Positions 26,190 to 39,709 are shown, counted from the stretch's first letter. The stretch: DNA of 64,000 nt from Octopus sinensis (GCF_006345805.1 NC_043011.1:48310464-48374463), one strand, 5' to 3'. Translations and numbers: made by a program. The notes: generated from the letters alone by a model not told the origin.

Positions 26190-26430
26190 TAGTACGTGTG
26201 GTGTAGTGGTTAGGGTGTTGCACTCAGGATTGTGAGATCATCGTTTCAGTTCCTGGACCAGGCAATGTGTTTTGTTCTTGACCAAACACTTCATCTCACA
26301 TTGCTCTATGATCACTTTGTCACCTGATGTGTGGTTCACAATGCACCTGCTCAGGCAATGTCGATTTGATGGAGGCAGTGAGCTAATGTGCAGCACATGC
26401 ATTTGATCACTATAAACAAATCATTTGCAA
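26190..26430 (+). mobile_element. SINE family D-like
   Basis: GTGTGGTGTAGTGGTTAGGGTGTTGCACTCA..GTTCTTGACCAAACAC. Confidence 0.6.
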
Positions 26431-26945
26431 TTAATTTGGTATCTAAAGGATCATAAAAAACAATTTGATTTGGAATGGAATATTCTATCTATATCATTTC
26501 CGTATGATAAAGGTAAATTTATATATATATATATATGTATTTCACTGAAATGTATTTCATCCTGTTCTCATAGAATCCTCTTGTAAACGCGTTTATAGAA
26601 TGTGTTTATCATTGCAAACATTGGCAAAAACACACTTTTAGTTCCTATAAGGGATTTCTACCATTTTATAAATTCGACTTTTGACTATCTTCTTACATTT
26701 CACTTCCACTAAATATATCTACTTCCAAGCCTTTAAGCTTTATTCCTATCTACCTATTGCTCTATATCTCTCCACTATTAGTTCTCTACTAATTTCTTTC
26801 TTTCTCCTTCTTCTCTTTCTATAAACTACCTTTGACGTTATATCTACTAACGTTTTTTGTTTTTAAGAAACTTGCATTCCCTTTATCATATATGCAGTCA
26901 TCACATTCTGTTAAAATGTCTTATTGATGCGTTTTGTTTCTCTTT

Positions 26946-26997
26946 CTTTCCCTGATGAGAATAATACCAATGTTTTCTTTGAAACATATGTCAGAAG
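26946..26997 (+). ncRNA. Decayed type-I hammerhead-like motif (third family)
   Basis: CTTTCC-CTGATGA-GAA..TTT-GAAACATATGT-C-AGAAG; palindromic stem III ACATATGT, GUC site, imperfect stems I and II. Confidence 0.45.
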
Positions 26998-27009
26998 TAA
27001 AAAGATTTA

Positions 27010-27046
27010 TTTATCTATCTATCTATCTCTATATATATATACATAT

Positions 27047-27111
<65 letters not shown>

Positions 27112-27192
27112 CTATATATAATATATATATATATAATATATATATATCATCATCATTTAGCATCTGCTTCCCATGCTAGCATATATATATAT

Positions 27193-27229
<37 letters not shown>

Positions 27230-27338
27230 TATATATATATATATATATCCGTATGTTGATGATCAAAATGAATTTGCTTCTCTATTTTGTTATTTGTATA
27301 TATATATATTATAATATATATATATATATAATATATAT

Positions 27339-27386
<48 letters not shown>

Positions 27387-27640
27387 AGGAGATAGACAGA
27401 GAGAGGGTGGTGAGAGAGAGAGTTAGATGTTAGATAGGCAGATAGATACATAGATATAGATACACACACATACATTTATGTACACATATTTTTCTCTATA
27501 TATGTATATGTATGCATATTTATCTATATATGTACATGTGTATGTATATTTATCTCTCTCTATATATGAATATGTGTATGTATATATATATATGTGTGTG
27601 TATGTAAATGTGTGTGTTTGTGTATATATATATATGTATG
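27010..27640. repeat. (TA)/(CA)/(GATA) compound microsatellites
   Basis: Visible in sequence. Confidence 0.9.
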
Positions 27641-28494
27641 CATGTACATTCATCACTTTATTCACCTGCCATCTGTACATCCTTCCATATATCCAGCTAC
27701 ATTTGTATACACCCACTGCTTTTCAAATGGTATTCCATTACAAGATGAATGACAGAATTGTAGTTGTTTTTTTTTTTCCCCATAATGGCTTGTTTCCTGG
27801 CGAACCCAACACAACACACATACACACACAATATAGCACAAATAACCCGAAGACATACAAACACAGAAACCTTCCCGCAACTCACAAATGCACACCTCCA
27901 AACAAACCTCGCCCTATACAAATACACACACGCACACAGACACACACATACACACACACGCACGCACACGCACGCACACGCATACACACACACACACAAA
28001 CACACAGAGTCTTCTATTTGAGGTCTTTCACTGAAACTGTGAAAAGGCTTCGTTTTCAATATTTTTCCCTTCGAACAAAAACAGTGAAAAACAAGCCAGA
28101 AATGCCGCCTTGTTGTGTGGGTGTTAAGGTACTATGGGTGTAGGGGGGGGAGGCATGCGAACGTGGAATGAAGTACACAGATGGTAGAACGGGTGGGAGG
28201 TATCATGTGGGGGTGTGGAGGAAAGTGTCATGCTGGGAGTGGTCGGATGTAGGTGAGGATGTCGTGGATGGCAAAGTTGGGGTGGCAAAGGTAGTTTTGT
28301 GTGGAGGTGGGCAGGATTGGAGTAGGATTCATTAGGTGAATGGTATGCTCGGTACAAACATTTTTCTCTCTTCTTTGCTGCTTTCCAATACTGCTTCTTC
28401 CACTCTCTATTGTGTGCTTCTATGAATACTGGTCGTCTTATCCGTTTCTCTTATCCTTCTTTTTTCTTTCTCATTTCATCTTTCTTCTTTTCTT

Positions 28495-28978
28495 TCTTCA
28501 TCATCATCATCATCATCATACACATCGTCACCATCAGCGGAAGTGGCGTCATCATCATCGTTGTTGTCATTGTCCTCATCGTCCTCATCGTCCTCATCAT
28601 CATCATCATTATCACCATTATCATCATCATCATCATCATCATACTCATCATCATCATCATCATCATCGTCATCACCATTGTCATACTCATCATCATCATC
28701 ATTGTCATCATCATCTTCATCATCATCATCGTTGTCTTCATCATCATCGTCATCATCATCATCATACCCATCGTCATCATCATTATTGTTGTCACCTTCG
28801 TTGTCATCATCATCATCATTATCGCCATCATCATCATCATCATCATACCCATCATCATCATATCATCGTCATCATTATCATCATCATCATCATCGTCATC
28901 GTCGTCGTCGTCATTATCATCATTGTCATCTTCATCTTCATCATACACATCATCATCATCATCATCATCATCATCATT
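28495..28978. repeat. About 480-bp imperfect (CAT)n tract
   Basis: Visible; source of the poly-H/I/S/D/M ORFs. Confidence 0.95.
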
Positions 28979-29469
28979 TGTTTTCTTTCTTTTTGTTTCC
29001 TTTTCCTTCTCCAGCAATTTCTCTCTTCTTGCTGTTTCTGTCATATTACTTTCTCCCCTGGCTCCTTCCTTGCCAACTCTCTTCTCCGTTAATAAGAAGA
29101 AACCAATTGACAACATTGGAGTCTCCATGACCAATTAGTTTTGCAATCTCGTTAGATGTCAATTAGTAGCATAACTAACAACAGTCTGCTTGGTTTTAAT
29201 GTAAATATGCAAGTAGGTACAAAGACACAGACACATAAGGCCAAACATACACACACATACACATACATACACATACATACACAAACACCAACATGCACAC
29301 ATATTGACACACATGGCAAGCAAACACTTGAAGTACAATGATGCTTCATAAAAAGACGAATGGAACTAAAGCAAGATTCCATATTACTGAATGCAAGAGA
29401 GATTTCCAGTTCAGAGCATTTGCTAAATATTTTATGTAGCATTTTTAGATATTTTGTCTCCTATAGGCT

Positions 29470-29775
29470 TAGGAGTGGCTGTATGGTAAGTAGTTTGCTT
29501 ACGAACCACATGGTTCCGGGTTCAGTCCCACAGCGTGGCACCTTGAGCAAGTGTCTTCTTCTGTAGCCTCAGGCCAACCAAAGCTTTGTGAGTGAATTTG
29601 GTAGATGGAAACTGAAAGAAGCCTGTCGTATATATGTATATATATATATGTATGTATGTTTGTGTGAATATGTTTGTGTGTCATCCCCGTAACTTAGAGG
29701 TTCGGCAAAAGAGACCGATAAAATAAGTACTAGGCTTACAAAGAATAAGTCCTGGGGTTGATTTGCTTGACTAAA
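29470..29775 (+). mobile_element. SINE family B
   Basis: GGTAAGTAGTTTGCTTACGAACCACATGGTTCCGGGTTCAGTCCC. Confidence 0.85.
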
Positions 29776-30384
29776 GTAATTGTTAGAGCGTCATCATTAT
29801 TGACATCGTCAACCAGAACATTCTCTAAACTCATTTGCATTAGAAAGGGCATCCAGTTATAGAAGCCATGCCAAAGCTGTTACACTGGACCAAGAGAGGA
29901 TCCTCAGAGTTTAGTGGATTCGATCATTTGCAGACAAACACACACATTTAATAACCGTGTGTATGCGTGTAGGCGTGCATGAGCATTTGAGTGCATGTAG
30001 GATAAGTGTGTGTGTGCACGTGTGCATGTGCATACATGCATCCCATACGTGCGTGTGAAATGTTTACAAACTATTCAATCTTCGTGTTTTGTTATTGATA
30101 AATATTCTTTGAGAAGAATTTGGAAGTTAGCCACATAGTAAGATGTTGTTGTGTAAAGTGTTAAAGACGAACATGAAAAAATGGCGATGAAAGATATATG
30201 AAATGAAAAAAAAAGGAAAAAAAATCCCTATAGTCTTTCTTCCAAACTTTAAGATGTTTACCTATTGATAGAAACATGATCTGTGACTGTTTGCAATAAT
30301 TCTTCCAATATCTTGGCATTATTTATTCAACAACTCAGTGAAATACACAAATAAAGTTATTTGTGGCTGTATACTCTTTACTCT

Positions 30385-30629
30385 CTCACTTTTCCTTGTT
30401 TCAATCATTTGACTGTGGCCATGCTGGAGCACCACCTTTAGTCGAACAAATCGACCCAAAGACTTATTCCTTGTAAGCCTTGTACTTATTCTATCGGTCT
30501 CTTTTGCCGAACTGCTAAGTTACGGGGATGTAAACACACCAGCATCAGTTGTTGGGGGTACAAACACAGACACACAAACATTCACACACATACATACATA
30601 TATGGATTTATTCCCTATTTTATTATTAA

Positions 30630-30669
<40 letters not shown>

Positions 30670-30765
30670 TATATTCATATATACGACGGGCTTCTTTCAG
30701 TTTCCGTCTACCAAATCCCCTCACAAGGCTTTGGTCAGCCCGAGGCTATGGTAGAAGACACTTGC
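30385..30765 (-). mobile_element. SINE family B
   Basis: Tail and central domain in reverse orientation. Confidence 0.85.
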
Positions 30766-31120
30766 TTTGCAATATTGAATTCATATTCCATCAAGGTTAA
30801 CTTTACATTTCCATCTTTCCAAAGTTGATAAAAAAGGTACCATTTGAGCACTGGGGGTCAATGTAATTGATTTAACCCCTCCCCTCAAATTGCTCACACC
30901 ATGTGTCAAAATTTAAGGCCATTATCAAGTCATGTCCCTTTATGGTCTTGTGAATTCAAATTCTTCCAAGGTCAGCCTTGTCAGATAAGAATAAAATAAA
31001 TATCACTTAAAATTTTCTAGAGGTTGATATTGAATATATTTGCTCCCTGCTAAATTTGGGGCCCTTACTTATGTTAAAAAAAACAATATGCCATTTTTTA
31101 CTCTTTGTTTTATTATCTCA

Positions 31121-31153
<33 letters not shown>

Positions 31154-31239
31154 GGTACTGTTTTATTATTCTTATCATTGATGCATTAAATGTAGGCTGA
31201 AATGTTAAACACTTATCTAGAAAAATATGAGTGTGGAGA

Positions 31240-31390
31240 TGGGGAGAGAGAGAGAGAGAAAGAGAGAGAAGAGAAGAGAGAGAGAGGGAGGAGGGAGAGT
31301 GAGAGAGGGAGAGAGAGAGAGGGAGAGAGAGGGGAGAGAGGGGGAGAGGGAGAGAGAGAGGGAGGGAGAGGGAGAGAGAGAGAGAGAGAT
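31240..31390. repeat. (GA)n/G-rich purine tract
   Basis: Visible in sequence. Confidence 0.9.
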
Positions 31391-32494
31391 AAGCCATTAT
31401 GAAATTTGAAAGCACAGCTTGAATGATTGGGAAAAACACCAACAAACAAACAAACAATCATGAACCAAATGTAATGCAAAAATAAATGATAAAACTGTGA
31501 AAAATATTAGTGTGCATCATGACTGACTAGTTACTGTCATTTTGAGTGAAGGCTTGCAGATGAAATAAGTTGAATTCCAAGTTAAATAACGAAAAATAAT
31601 CTCCTGAATGGACTTCAAATAAGCCAGAGAAGATGCAAAGAAAAAAATAGAGAAAAAGAACTGCATTTATATCTCTCTATTCTTTTTTTTTATTATTTTC
31701 TTGTTTCCTCTACTTCTTCCAATGTGCCACCACCGTGATTCATTTAGAAAAGTTTTAACTATTTACTATTCAAACAAGTCAAAATGTGGCTAACATTAAG
31801 ACTGTTATTTATTCAAACTGTCCATAATCAAAGCTTGTTGACACGTTGGGATAACTTCTGATGATCACAATCCACATCAACACTATTCAATTCACTCTCA
31901 GAAAAATCACATTGCATTTTCTTTTCTTTACCCTTATCTTTTCTTTTTTCTTGATAGTTCAGTAATTGTTTTCAAGCATTTTCATATGAATACGTCAATG
32001 TTGCTTTGCTAACACCAGTTGCGTTTTGAATGCTATAAGGTTAACCTTAAGAGATGACACGTTAGTTTTTAACATTATATTAACATAGCTAACACCATTT
32101 GTGTTACGAATGTTAAAGTCTTACAACTTAGATAGAGTCTGCTACTCTGTAGCATATTTGATACAACAACATATTTAATATTATTAGTGCAACTTGGGTG
32201 ATAGACTGAGATGCCTATAGCAGAGTCCACCCTGTTGCAAATATTCAGAGCACGTACTTGTCTGAGAACAAATTTCTCTCTTCCACCCACCAGTCTTTGA
32301 GGTCCTTTGAAGAAAGGTGCTGTTCTTCCTTCACTGACAGTGTCATTAAAAGTCACTGCCCATATGTCACATTTACACATTAGGGAGGACCGTCTGGTAT
32401 GTTAGAAGATATCTCCACAGTTTCAATGAAATGCTTCTGACGAAAACTGTTGTAGCTCATATATTAAAGAAGAAATATTTAACAACTATAAGAT

Positions 32495-33030
32495 GGTGAG
32501 TTGGCAAAACTGTTACAGCTATGGGCAAAATGCTTAGTGGCATTTGTTACTGAACTGTTATAGAATTGTTACAGAATTGTTACAAGCACTAGGCAAAACT
32601 GTTACAGCTATGGGCAAAACGCTTAGTGGCATTTGTTACTGAACTGTTATAGAATTGTTACAGAATTGTTACAGCACTAGGCAAAACTGTTACAGCTATG
32701 GGCAAAACGCTTAGTGGCATTTGTTACTGAACTGTTATAGAATTGTTACAGAATTGTTACAGCACTAGGCAAAACTGTTACAGCTTTGGGCAAAACGCTT
32801 AGTGGCATTTGTCACAGAATTGTTACAGCACTTGGCAAAATTATTACAACACTGGGAAAATGCTTATTAGCATTTCATCCCTCTTTGCATTCTGAATTAA
32901 TATTCTGCAAGATTGGCTTTGACTTTCATCCTTTCAGGGTCGATTAAATAAGTCCCAGTTGAGCACTTCAGTCTATGTAATTCATATACTCCAACCACCA
33001 AAATTGTTGGCCTTGTGCTAAAATTTGAAG
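32495..33030 (+). mobile_element. SINE family A whose head has expanded into about 3.7 tandem 88-bp units
   Basis: GGCAAAACTGTTACAGCT recurs at about 32503, 32591, 32680 and 32768. Confidence 0.85.
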
Positions 33031-33199
33031 CCAATATTTAATACAGTTATCATCAGTAACTGTAAAGTAGGGATTGCCTGGCACAATGGCACACTCAAAA
33101 TGCAATAATCCATTGAATGATTTAAATATCATTGTCCATAGATATTTGCTACAATGTGTATTCACTGCATATGTTGTAATTCTTTCAATCATTGTCATC

Positions 33200-33560
33200 A
33201 TTATCATCGTTTAACATCCGTTTTCCATGTTAGCATGAGTTGGATGGTTCAACTGGGTCTGGGAAGCCAGGAGGCTGCATCGGCTCCAGTCTGATCTGGC
33301 AGTGTTTCTACAGCTGGATGCCCTTCCTGACGCCAACCCACTCCGTGAGTGTAGTGGGTGCTTTTTACGTGCCACCAGCACAGGAGTCAGAGGTGGCTGC
33401 CAACAGCCACGATTGGTTGGTGCTTTTTACATGCCACCAGCACAGACGCCAGTCATGGCAGTGCTGGAATAGCCACATTTGGATGGTGCTTTTTACATGC
33501 CACCGGCATGGATATCACAATTACAATTTCCATTTGATTTTTATTTTGATGTTGATATTG
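33200..33560 (-). mobile_element. RTE-type 3' UTR fragment
   Basis: CATCGTTTAACATCCGTTTTCCATG..CAGCTGGATGCCCTTCC. Confidence 0.8.
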
Positions 33561-34199
33561 ATGTCATTTAGAATTTTCTTTTCAGTTTAAATGTTTTACT
33601 TGATGGCTAAAGCTTGATTCAAATGTGGAATACATTAATTATAATTCTTCAACTTAACTTTAAGCAGCTCTGTTATTTTCTAATTTGTCAGTTGAGTAGA
33701 TAAAAAAAAAAAAATACTTCAGATTACACAAGCCAGGTCAAAAAAAAAGAAAGAATTTTTTCTCTGTTGTCAAAAGATTTGAACCTGAACTATGGCTTTT
33801 TTGACACAGAGAATCTGAAAATGACATTCATTTATTACCATCATTTCAAACTTTCCAGATACTGGATCCATGGAATTTTACTGTTTTTCTATAATAAAGC
33901 TCATGGGAATCAAGACAAACATAGAAATTGGTTTTTCTTGGAAAGCAGAATGTTTTCATAAAATTCCACCGAAAACCAAATAAAAGTCTTAAAAATTCCT
34001 TCAGACACTCTGTTGGGTTGTTGGTTGGTTGGTGCTGTGAAGGGCATCCAGCCATAAAAAACCTTGCCAAAACAGATACAAAAGCCTGGTGCAGTCTTCT
34101 GCCTGGCCACTTCCTGTCAAACTGTTCAACCCATGCCGGTATGGAAGGTGGACATTAAACGATGATGATCATGATGATCATGATGATCATGATGACTGA

Positions 34200-34547
34200 A
34201 AACAAGGCAGATTTATGCGCTTATTTGCTTCCATATTTTGAAACTACTCCAGCAAGTTGTCAACTATTTTGGCATGGTTGGCCTCTTCCTTGTTGCCCAG
34301 AAAGTAATTTACAACTACTTCAAATGAACTCTATGCTGCTGCCTCAATGCAATTCAATGAACATACAAAGTCCCCCAACTTACATGAATTTTCTAATTTG
34401 AAGCCCATCAAATATTCCACATTTTATCTTTTTGCTGCTCAGACTGAGAAATATGCAGCAGATATAGTGAAAACACTGTCCTTCTTTATTCAGAGTTTTA
34501 ACAAACTGCTTCATAATGCCAAATTTGACATGAAGTGGAAGTAGGGT
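34200..34547 (-). pseudogene. Chapaev3-type DNA transposase remnant (catalytic C-terminal part)
   Basis: LPLHVKFGIMKQFVKTLNKEGQCFHYI..LSSKKIKCGIFDGLQIRK, frameshift, SFEVVVNYFLGNKEEANHAKIVDNLL; matches the LHIKLGLMKQFV..GPQI..FLGN motif as recalled. Confidence 0.75.
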
Positions 34548-34571
34548 GATTTTTTTTCCTTGTTTAATTAA

Positions 34572-34800
34572 AGGCTCTCTTTTACTCTTTTACTTGTTTC
34601 AGTCATTTGACTGTGGCCATGCTGGAGCACCGCCTTTAGTTGAACAAATCAACCCCAGGACTTATTCTTTGTAAGCCTAGTACTTATTTTATCACTCTCT
34701 TTTGCCAAACCACTAAGTTACGGGGACGTAAACACACCACCATCAGTTGTCAAGCGATGTCGAGGGGACAAACACAGATGCACAAGCACACACACATGTG

Positions 34801-34834
<34 letters not shown>

Positions 34835-34990
34835 ACGGGCTTTTTTCAGTTTCCATCTACCAAATCCACTCATAAGGCTTTGGTCGGCCCGAGGCTATAG
34901 TAGAAGACACTTTCCCAAGGTGCCATGCTGTGGAACTGAACCCGGAACCATGTGGTTGGTAAACAAGCTACTTACCACACAGCCACTCCT
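34572..34990 (-). mobile_element. Full SINE family B inserted into the Chapaev3 remnant
   Basis: Complete head-to-tail copy separating two collinear transposase pieces. Confidence 0.85.
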
Positions 34991-34999
34991 ATATCTACT

Positions 35000-35185
35000 C
35001 CTGCACCTCTTCAACCACATTAAAAGACCTTAGAACTAAAGTTCGCTGAGGCCATTCTTTGATCACTCAACGTTTTACTCTGGCTTTGTTGTCCCGCATT
35101 CATAAAAAGCATGGATAATTGTCACATCCACTTTGTCGCCTTAGGAGAAAACTGGCCATTTTAAAGTTCAAGCATATCACCCAGT
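35000..35185 (-). pseudogene. Upstream part of the same Chapaev3-type transposase
   Basis: WVICLNFKMASFLLRRQSGCDNYPCFL*..IKEWPQRT, compare W..I.DFKMV.FL.G.Q.G.TK.PC.LC.WDSR...WPQR. Confidence 0.7.
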
Positions 35186-35319
35186 AATGATTAGGAAATT
35201 TTGGGTATCTTGAAATCAGATGAAAAAAAATGGGCCCCCTTTTTTGGATTCCACATATCAAAAATCCTTCAAATCAGGTTGAAACATCATGAAACAAAAT
35301 ACCTGCTGGGTTCTGTTGT

Positions 35320-35810
35320 CATCATCATCATCATCATCAGGCTTCAATCTTGATCTGGCAGAGTTTCTACAGCTGGATGCCCTTCCTAATGCCAATCACT
35401 CCGAGAGTGTAGTGGGTGCTTTTACATGCCACCGGCATGGGGCCAGTCAGGCGGCACTGGCAACGACCTCGCTCGAATCTGTTACACATGTCACCGGTGT
35501 GGATGCCAGTAAGGCGATGCTGGTAACGATCATGTTCAAATGGTGTTTTTTACGTGCCATCGGCATAGAGGCCAGATAGCCACTCTGGCAATGATCACGC
35601 TCAGATGGTGCTCTTAATACCATACTAGCACGAGGCTCGAGTGCCAGTAATGCGACGCTGGTAACAATCATGCTCGAATGTTGCCTTTTAAGTGCCACTG
35701 GCATGAAAGCCGGTTAGCCGCTCTGTCAATAATCACACTTGTATGGTGCTCTTTGCACCCTGGTAGCACGGACGCCAGTCATCGAATTTAATTTTGATTT
35801 TTGATTTTGA
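35320..35810 (-). mobile_element. RTE-type 3' UTR fragment with short internal subrepeats
   Basis: CTACAGCTGGATGCCCTTCCTAATGCC plus repeated GGTGCT..ACATGCCACC units. Confidence 0.8.
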
Positions 35811-36211
35811 TTGATGTGTTATTTAATATTGTTATTATATCAAATTACATACCTGTCCTCTAATTCAAATGCTCACCTGTCCTATACACTAACTTCACTG
35901 AGTGTGCAGGAAAATAACAACAATGACAGTAGTGTCTGTGGAATACTCAACCACTTTAACTATTCAGACTCTTATTCTATGATTTAATGATATCCCATGC
36001 ATATCATCCACTGATGATTAAGGGATTTGGGTCTCTTGAAATCAGGTAAAAAAATGGATTCCCTTTTTGGATTCCACACAAAAAAATACCTTCAAATCAG
36101 GTAAAAACGTCCTGACAACAAAATACCTGCTGGGTTCTGTTGTGTTATCCAATATTGTTATTATAGCAGCTCTGTTTTTCATATTGGCTTACATGCAAAT
36201 ATACATTTCTC

Positions 36212-36515
36212 CATTATTTACATTATTTACATTTGATGGATATTTGTCCTCGGGCATATGGCGTAGTGGTTAAGAGCACAGGCTACCTACCCCAAGATTC
36301 CGATTACGATTTCAGGCAGTGACCTGAATAATGATGATGATGATGATGATTGATGATAATAATAATAATAACATTGAAAAATACCTCAAGAATGAGAACC
36401 CAGGTTCGAATTTTCCGTAAGATACCTGATGAAGGCTGGAGTCTATATCAGCTGAAACGTTGAGTTAACAACAAACAAGATGAGGAGAAATATCCGTCAA
36501 ATGTAAATAATGTAA
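36212..36515 (+). mobile_element. P1 element preceded by an inverted copy of its own tail
   Basis: 36212-36251 is the reverse complement of GAGGACAAATATCCGTCAAATGTAAATAATG; tRNA-like head starts at 36252. Confidence 0.85.
36421..36466 (+). ncRNA. Type-I hammerhead motif with intact core and weakened stems
   Basis: GATAC-CTGATGA-A-GGCTG..CAGCT-GAAACGT-T-GAGTT. Confidence 0.55.
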
Positions 36516-37719
36516 TAAAGTAGCTTAGTTGATTGAACAAATTAAATTTATGTCCAATAATGAATATCATTAATATTATGAAAGCTAAAGTGTTAAATAA
36601 ACTCATTTTTACGGGTTAATATACAGCAATTAAGCTTTTAGTATTTAGACTGGAGGGGGGACTCCGACTTAATGACATGCTGTTTTCTGTAACATATATA
36701 TATACACCCACACCAACTCCAAATTACAGAAGTTTCAAAAATATTTATGTATTTTTTTGTTTTATTCATCTAGTTCCATACTGTGAGGTTAAAAGTGGTC
36801 AACAACTACGGGTATAATTACACTTTGACCTTTCTTATGTATTTGACCTCAGTATCAGACATCACATCAATCTTGGGTTTCCTTCATTCATTCATAGAAT
36901 TTTTAATAGGAATACGGGGGGGGGGAGACAAATCTAGTCATGAACACTGTAAATGCCATAAACAGTGTGATTTGTAAGTGCAGGTGAGAGATCTAAAACA
37001 AACTGGGCAACTCCTCTCTGCTGCCCTCCCCGGGTTGTACGGGGGTGGGGTGGGGTGGGGGAGAAAAATACCAAAAACAAACAAACAATGATGGAGTAAT
37101 TGCTCGCATCTCTTAAACAGTGTCCTCTGCCGTTAAGTAAACAGAAACTGATTATCATTGCTTAAAGATTTGTTTGGATAAGAATAAACCATTTTGGTGT
37201 TGATATTCATAATATAAGCATGATTATGGATGTATGTGAATGCGTGTGTATGATTGTGTGCATATGTGTGTGTGTGAGTGTGTATGCGTGTGTGTGTGTG
37301 TGTGTGTGGTGCATTTGTGACAGTATGTCAGTATATATATATTTATACATGTGTGTGTGTGTGTGTGTGTGTGCTTATATAAGCAAGCATATATGTGCAT
37401 ATTCAAACCTGGATACTTATGAAGACAGCAGTGTGAAACGTATAAATATATATACATATACATATATATATATATATTATATATATATATATATATATAC
37501 ATACATACATATACCGGAGTAAGCATATAAATGTGAAACAAAGTGGAAAAAAGAGTACTCCAATACTAGAGGTAGAGTAATATGCTTTATTTAAAAGCAC
37601 TCTGAGTAACAGCTTTTGTTATATTTTCTGGTGCTTTTAAATATATATATATATATTGTTATATTTCAGAATGGTCATATTGCCAGTTTAGCCAATAAAT
37701 CTTGCACAACAAATATTTA

Positions 37720-37755
<36 letters not shown>

Positions 37756-38477
37756 CATTACAACAAACTTTCTGATAATTACAGAAGTTTATATGTGTGC
37801 ATGTGTGTATATATGTAGATGAAGAACAGGCTCCACCCCGTCTAAAGTTACTTTATCTTGAATGCAAAATATAAATAAATCACAACAGTGAAATGGGGAT
37901 TCAATCTTTGAGATTGGCAGTTCTAATACTGCATTCTTATCATTCGCTGATTACACTAAGGATATCCTAAAAATATGAAACTCTAAAAACATATTTCATT
38001 TAACTGTGATATAACTACCATTATATAACAAACAAATACACATGTATCTATGTGCACACACATGCAAATGTATGTGCATGCATGCACAAGTAATATGTAA
38101 GCAATGTCACGTAAGTCAAAGAAGGCAAAACAAACAAATTTAAAAAAAAAAAACAACCTAGACAAGGTATGTTCATGATTAAAATTATTAGCTTGAGGCT
38201 TAGTGAAATGGAAAGAGTAAATTGTTATGATGTTTCAAACATTGCCCTTTGTTCAGAGTAGAATGCCGAGTGGAAAGAGAGAGAAAAAGATAAGGATAAA
38301 GTAGAATAGAAAAGAAACCCCAAAAAAAAACAAAATAAGGGAATGAAACATAAAAAAATGTAAAAAAAGCAAAAGCAACATGGAGTTAGTCTGAATGCTG
38401 GCCCTAATCATATATATATATACACACATATATATATATATAATATATACATACATATATATATATAATATACATAC

Positions 38478-38514
<37 letters not shown>

Positions 38515-39644
38515 TATATGAATATTTTATCAAAGCAAGGAACTAAATTCCCTTAAGGGGTGCGAGCATCTGCTTAGAGTTTGTCGTAGGTTAACCTACG
38601 CCGTCCTTTTGAAATTCTCCCTGAGGAAATATCCAATTGACTGGTTTTCGAATAATGAAATTTGAATTGAATTTTATTCCTGCAATTGAATTGAGTCGGT
38701 GTAGAAACAGCTGTAGGTGGGAATTTCTCTGTATGAATTTGAATGTTTTTAAATAAAAACATCTGTAAGTCAATTTTATTTATTTTGTTCATTTTTTCAT
38801 TCATAAAGTATATTCATAAATGTATAACTTCATGTAACAATATCTGGTAGTACTAGTGAAAAAAAAAAGCTCCAGCTCCTTAATGTATCACTCTACAAAA
38901 CATGTAGAGTATATAGTACAATATGAGAAAACGATAAGGAATGTATAAATTTATAAATGACGATTTAACAAAGACTTTGTTTCACTTGAAGACATAACTT
39001 AATTTCTGCATTGTCTTGAAGGATTTGTTTGCATTTTGCATTAATGCTGACATGTAAGTGATTTATTTAATATTAAATAGAATAATATAAACTATTTACA
39101 TGATTTTAAGTTATGAAACAATTTGACGTAATATTAGAATTTTTTTGGTACTTGATAAAATTTCATCAAGCTATTTCTCTATCATTTATGACTTTGTGTG
39201 TGTGTGTACACACACACACACACACATACACACACATATATATATATACTTATATATTTTTATATTTCACTTAGGAATAATGCAAGTAATAACCTGGTGT
39301 TAAGAACTCAGAATATGCTTCAGAAATAAGTGCTAAATAAGTACAGAGTGTAATAAGAGATTATATAAATGATAAATGACCAAGAAATTATGGAATGAAC
39401 TTCACTACATAAGTCCTTGTACCCCTCTCCTTTATATAACCTCTTTCTCTCCCTCTACAATCTCTCTATTGGCTGCCTTGTTAACTCACAAATAAAGTAC
39501 ACACACACACATGCACATACATATACATATGTACATATGATGTATATATTTATATATACATATATGTAATATATGTATGTATAATTTTTATGTATATGTA
39601 TGTGTGTATATATATATATATATATGTATGTATGTGTATATATG

Positions 39645-39675
<31 letters not shown>

Positions 39676-39709
39676 ATGTATGTGTATATATGTATATATA
39701 TGTGTGTAC

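Noticed and set aside
28340-29138. Long poly-His/Ile/Ser/Asp ORFs
   Set aside because: Artefacts of the (CAT)n tract
32075-32380. 101-aa minus-strand ORF
   Set aside because: No recognisable domain; possibly decayed TE
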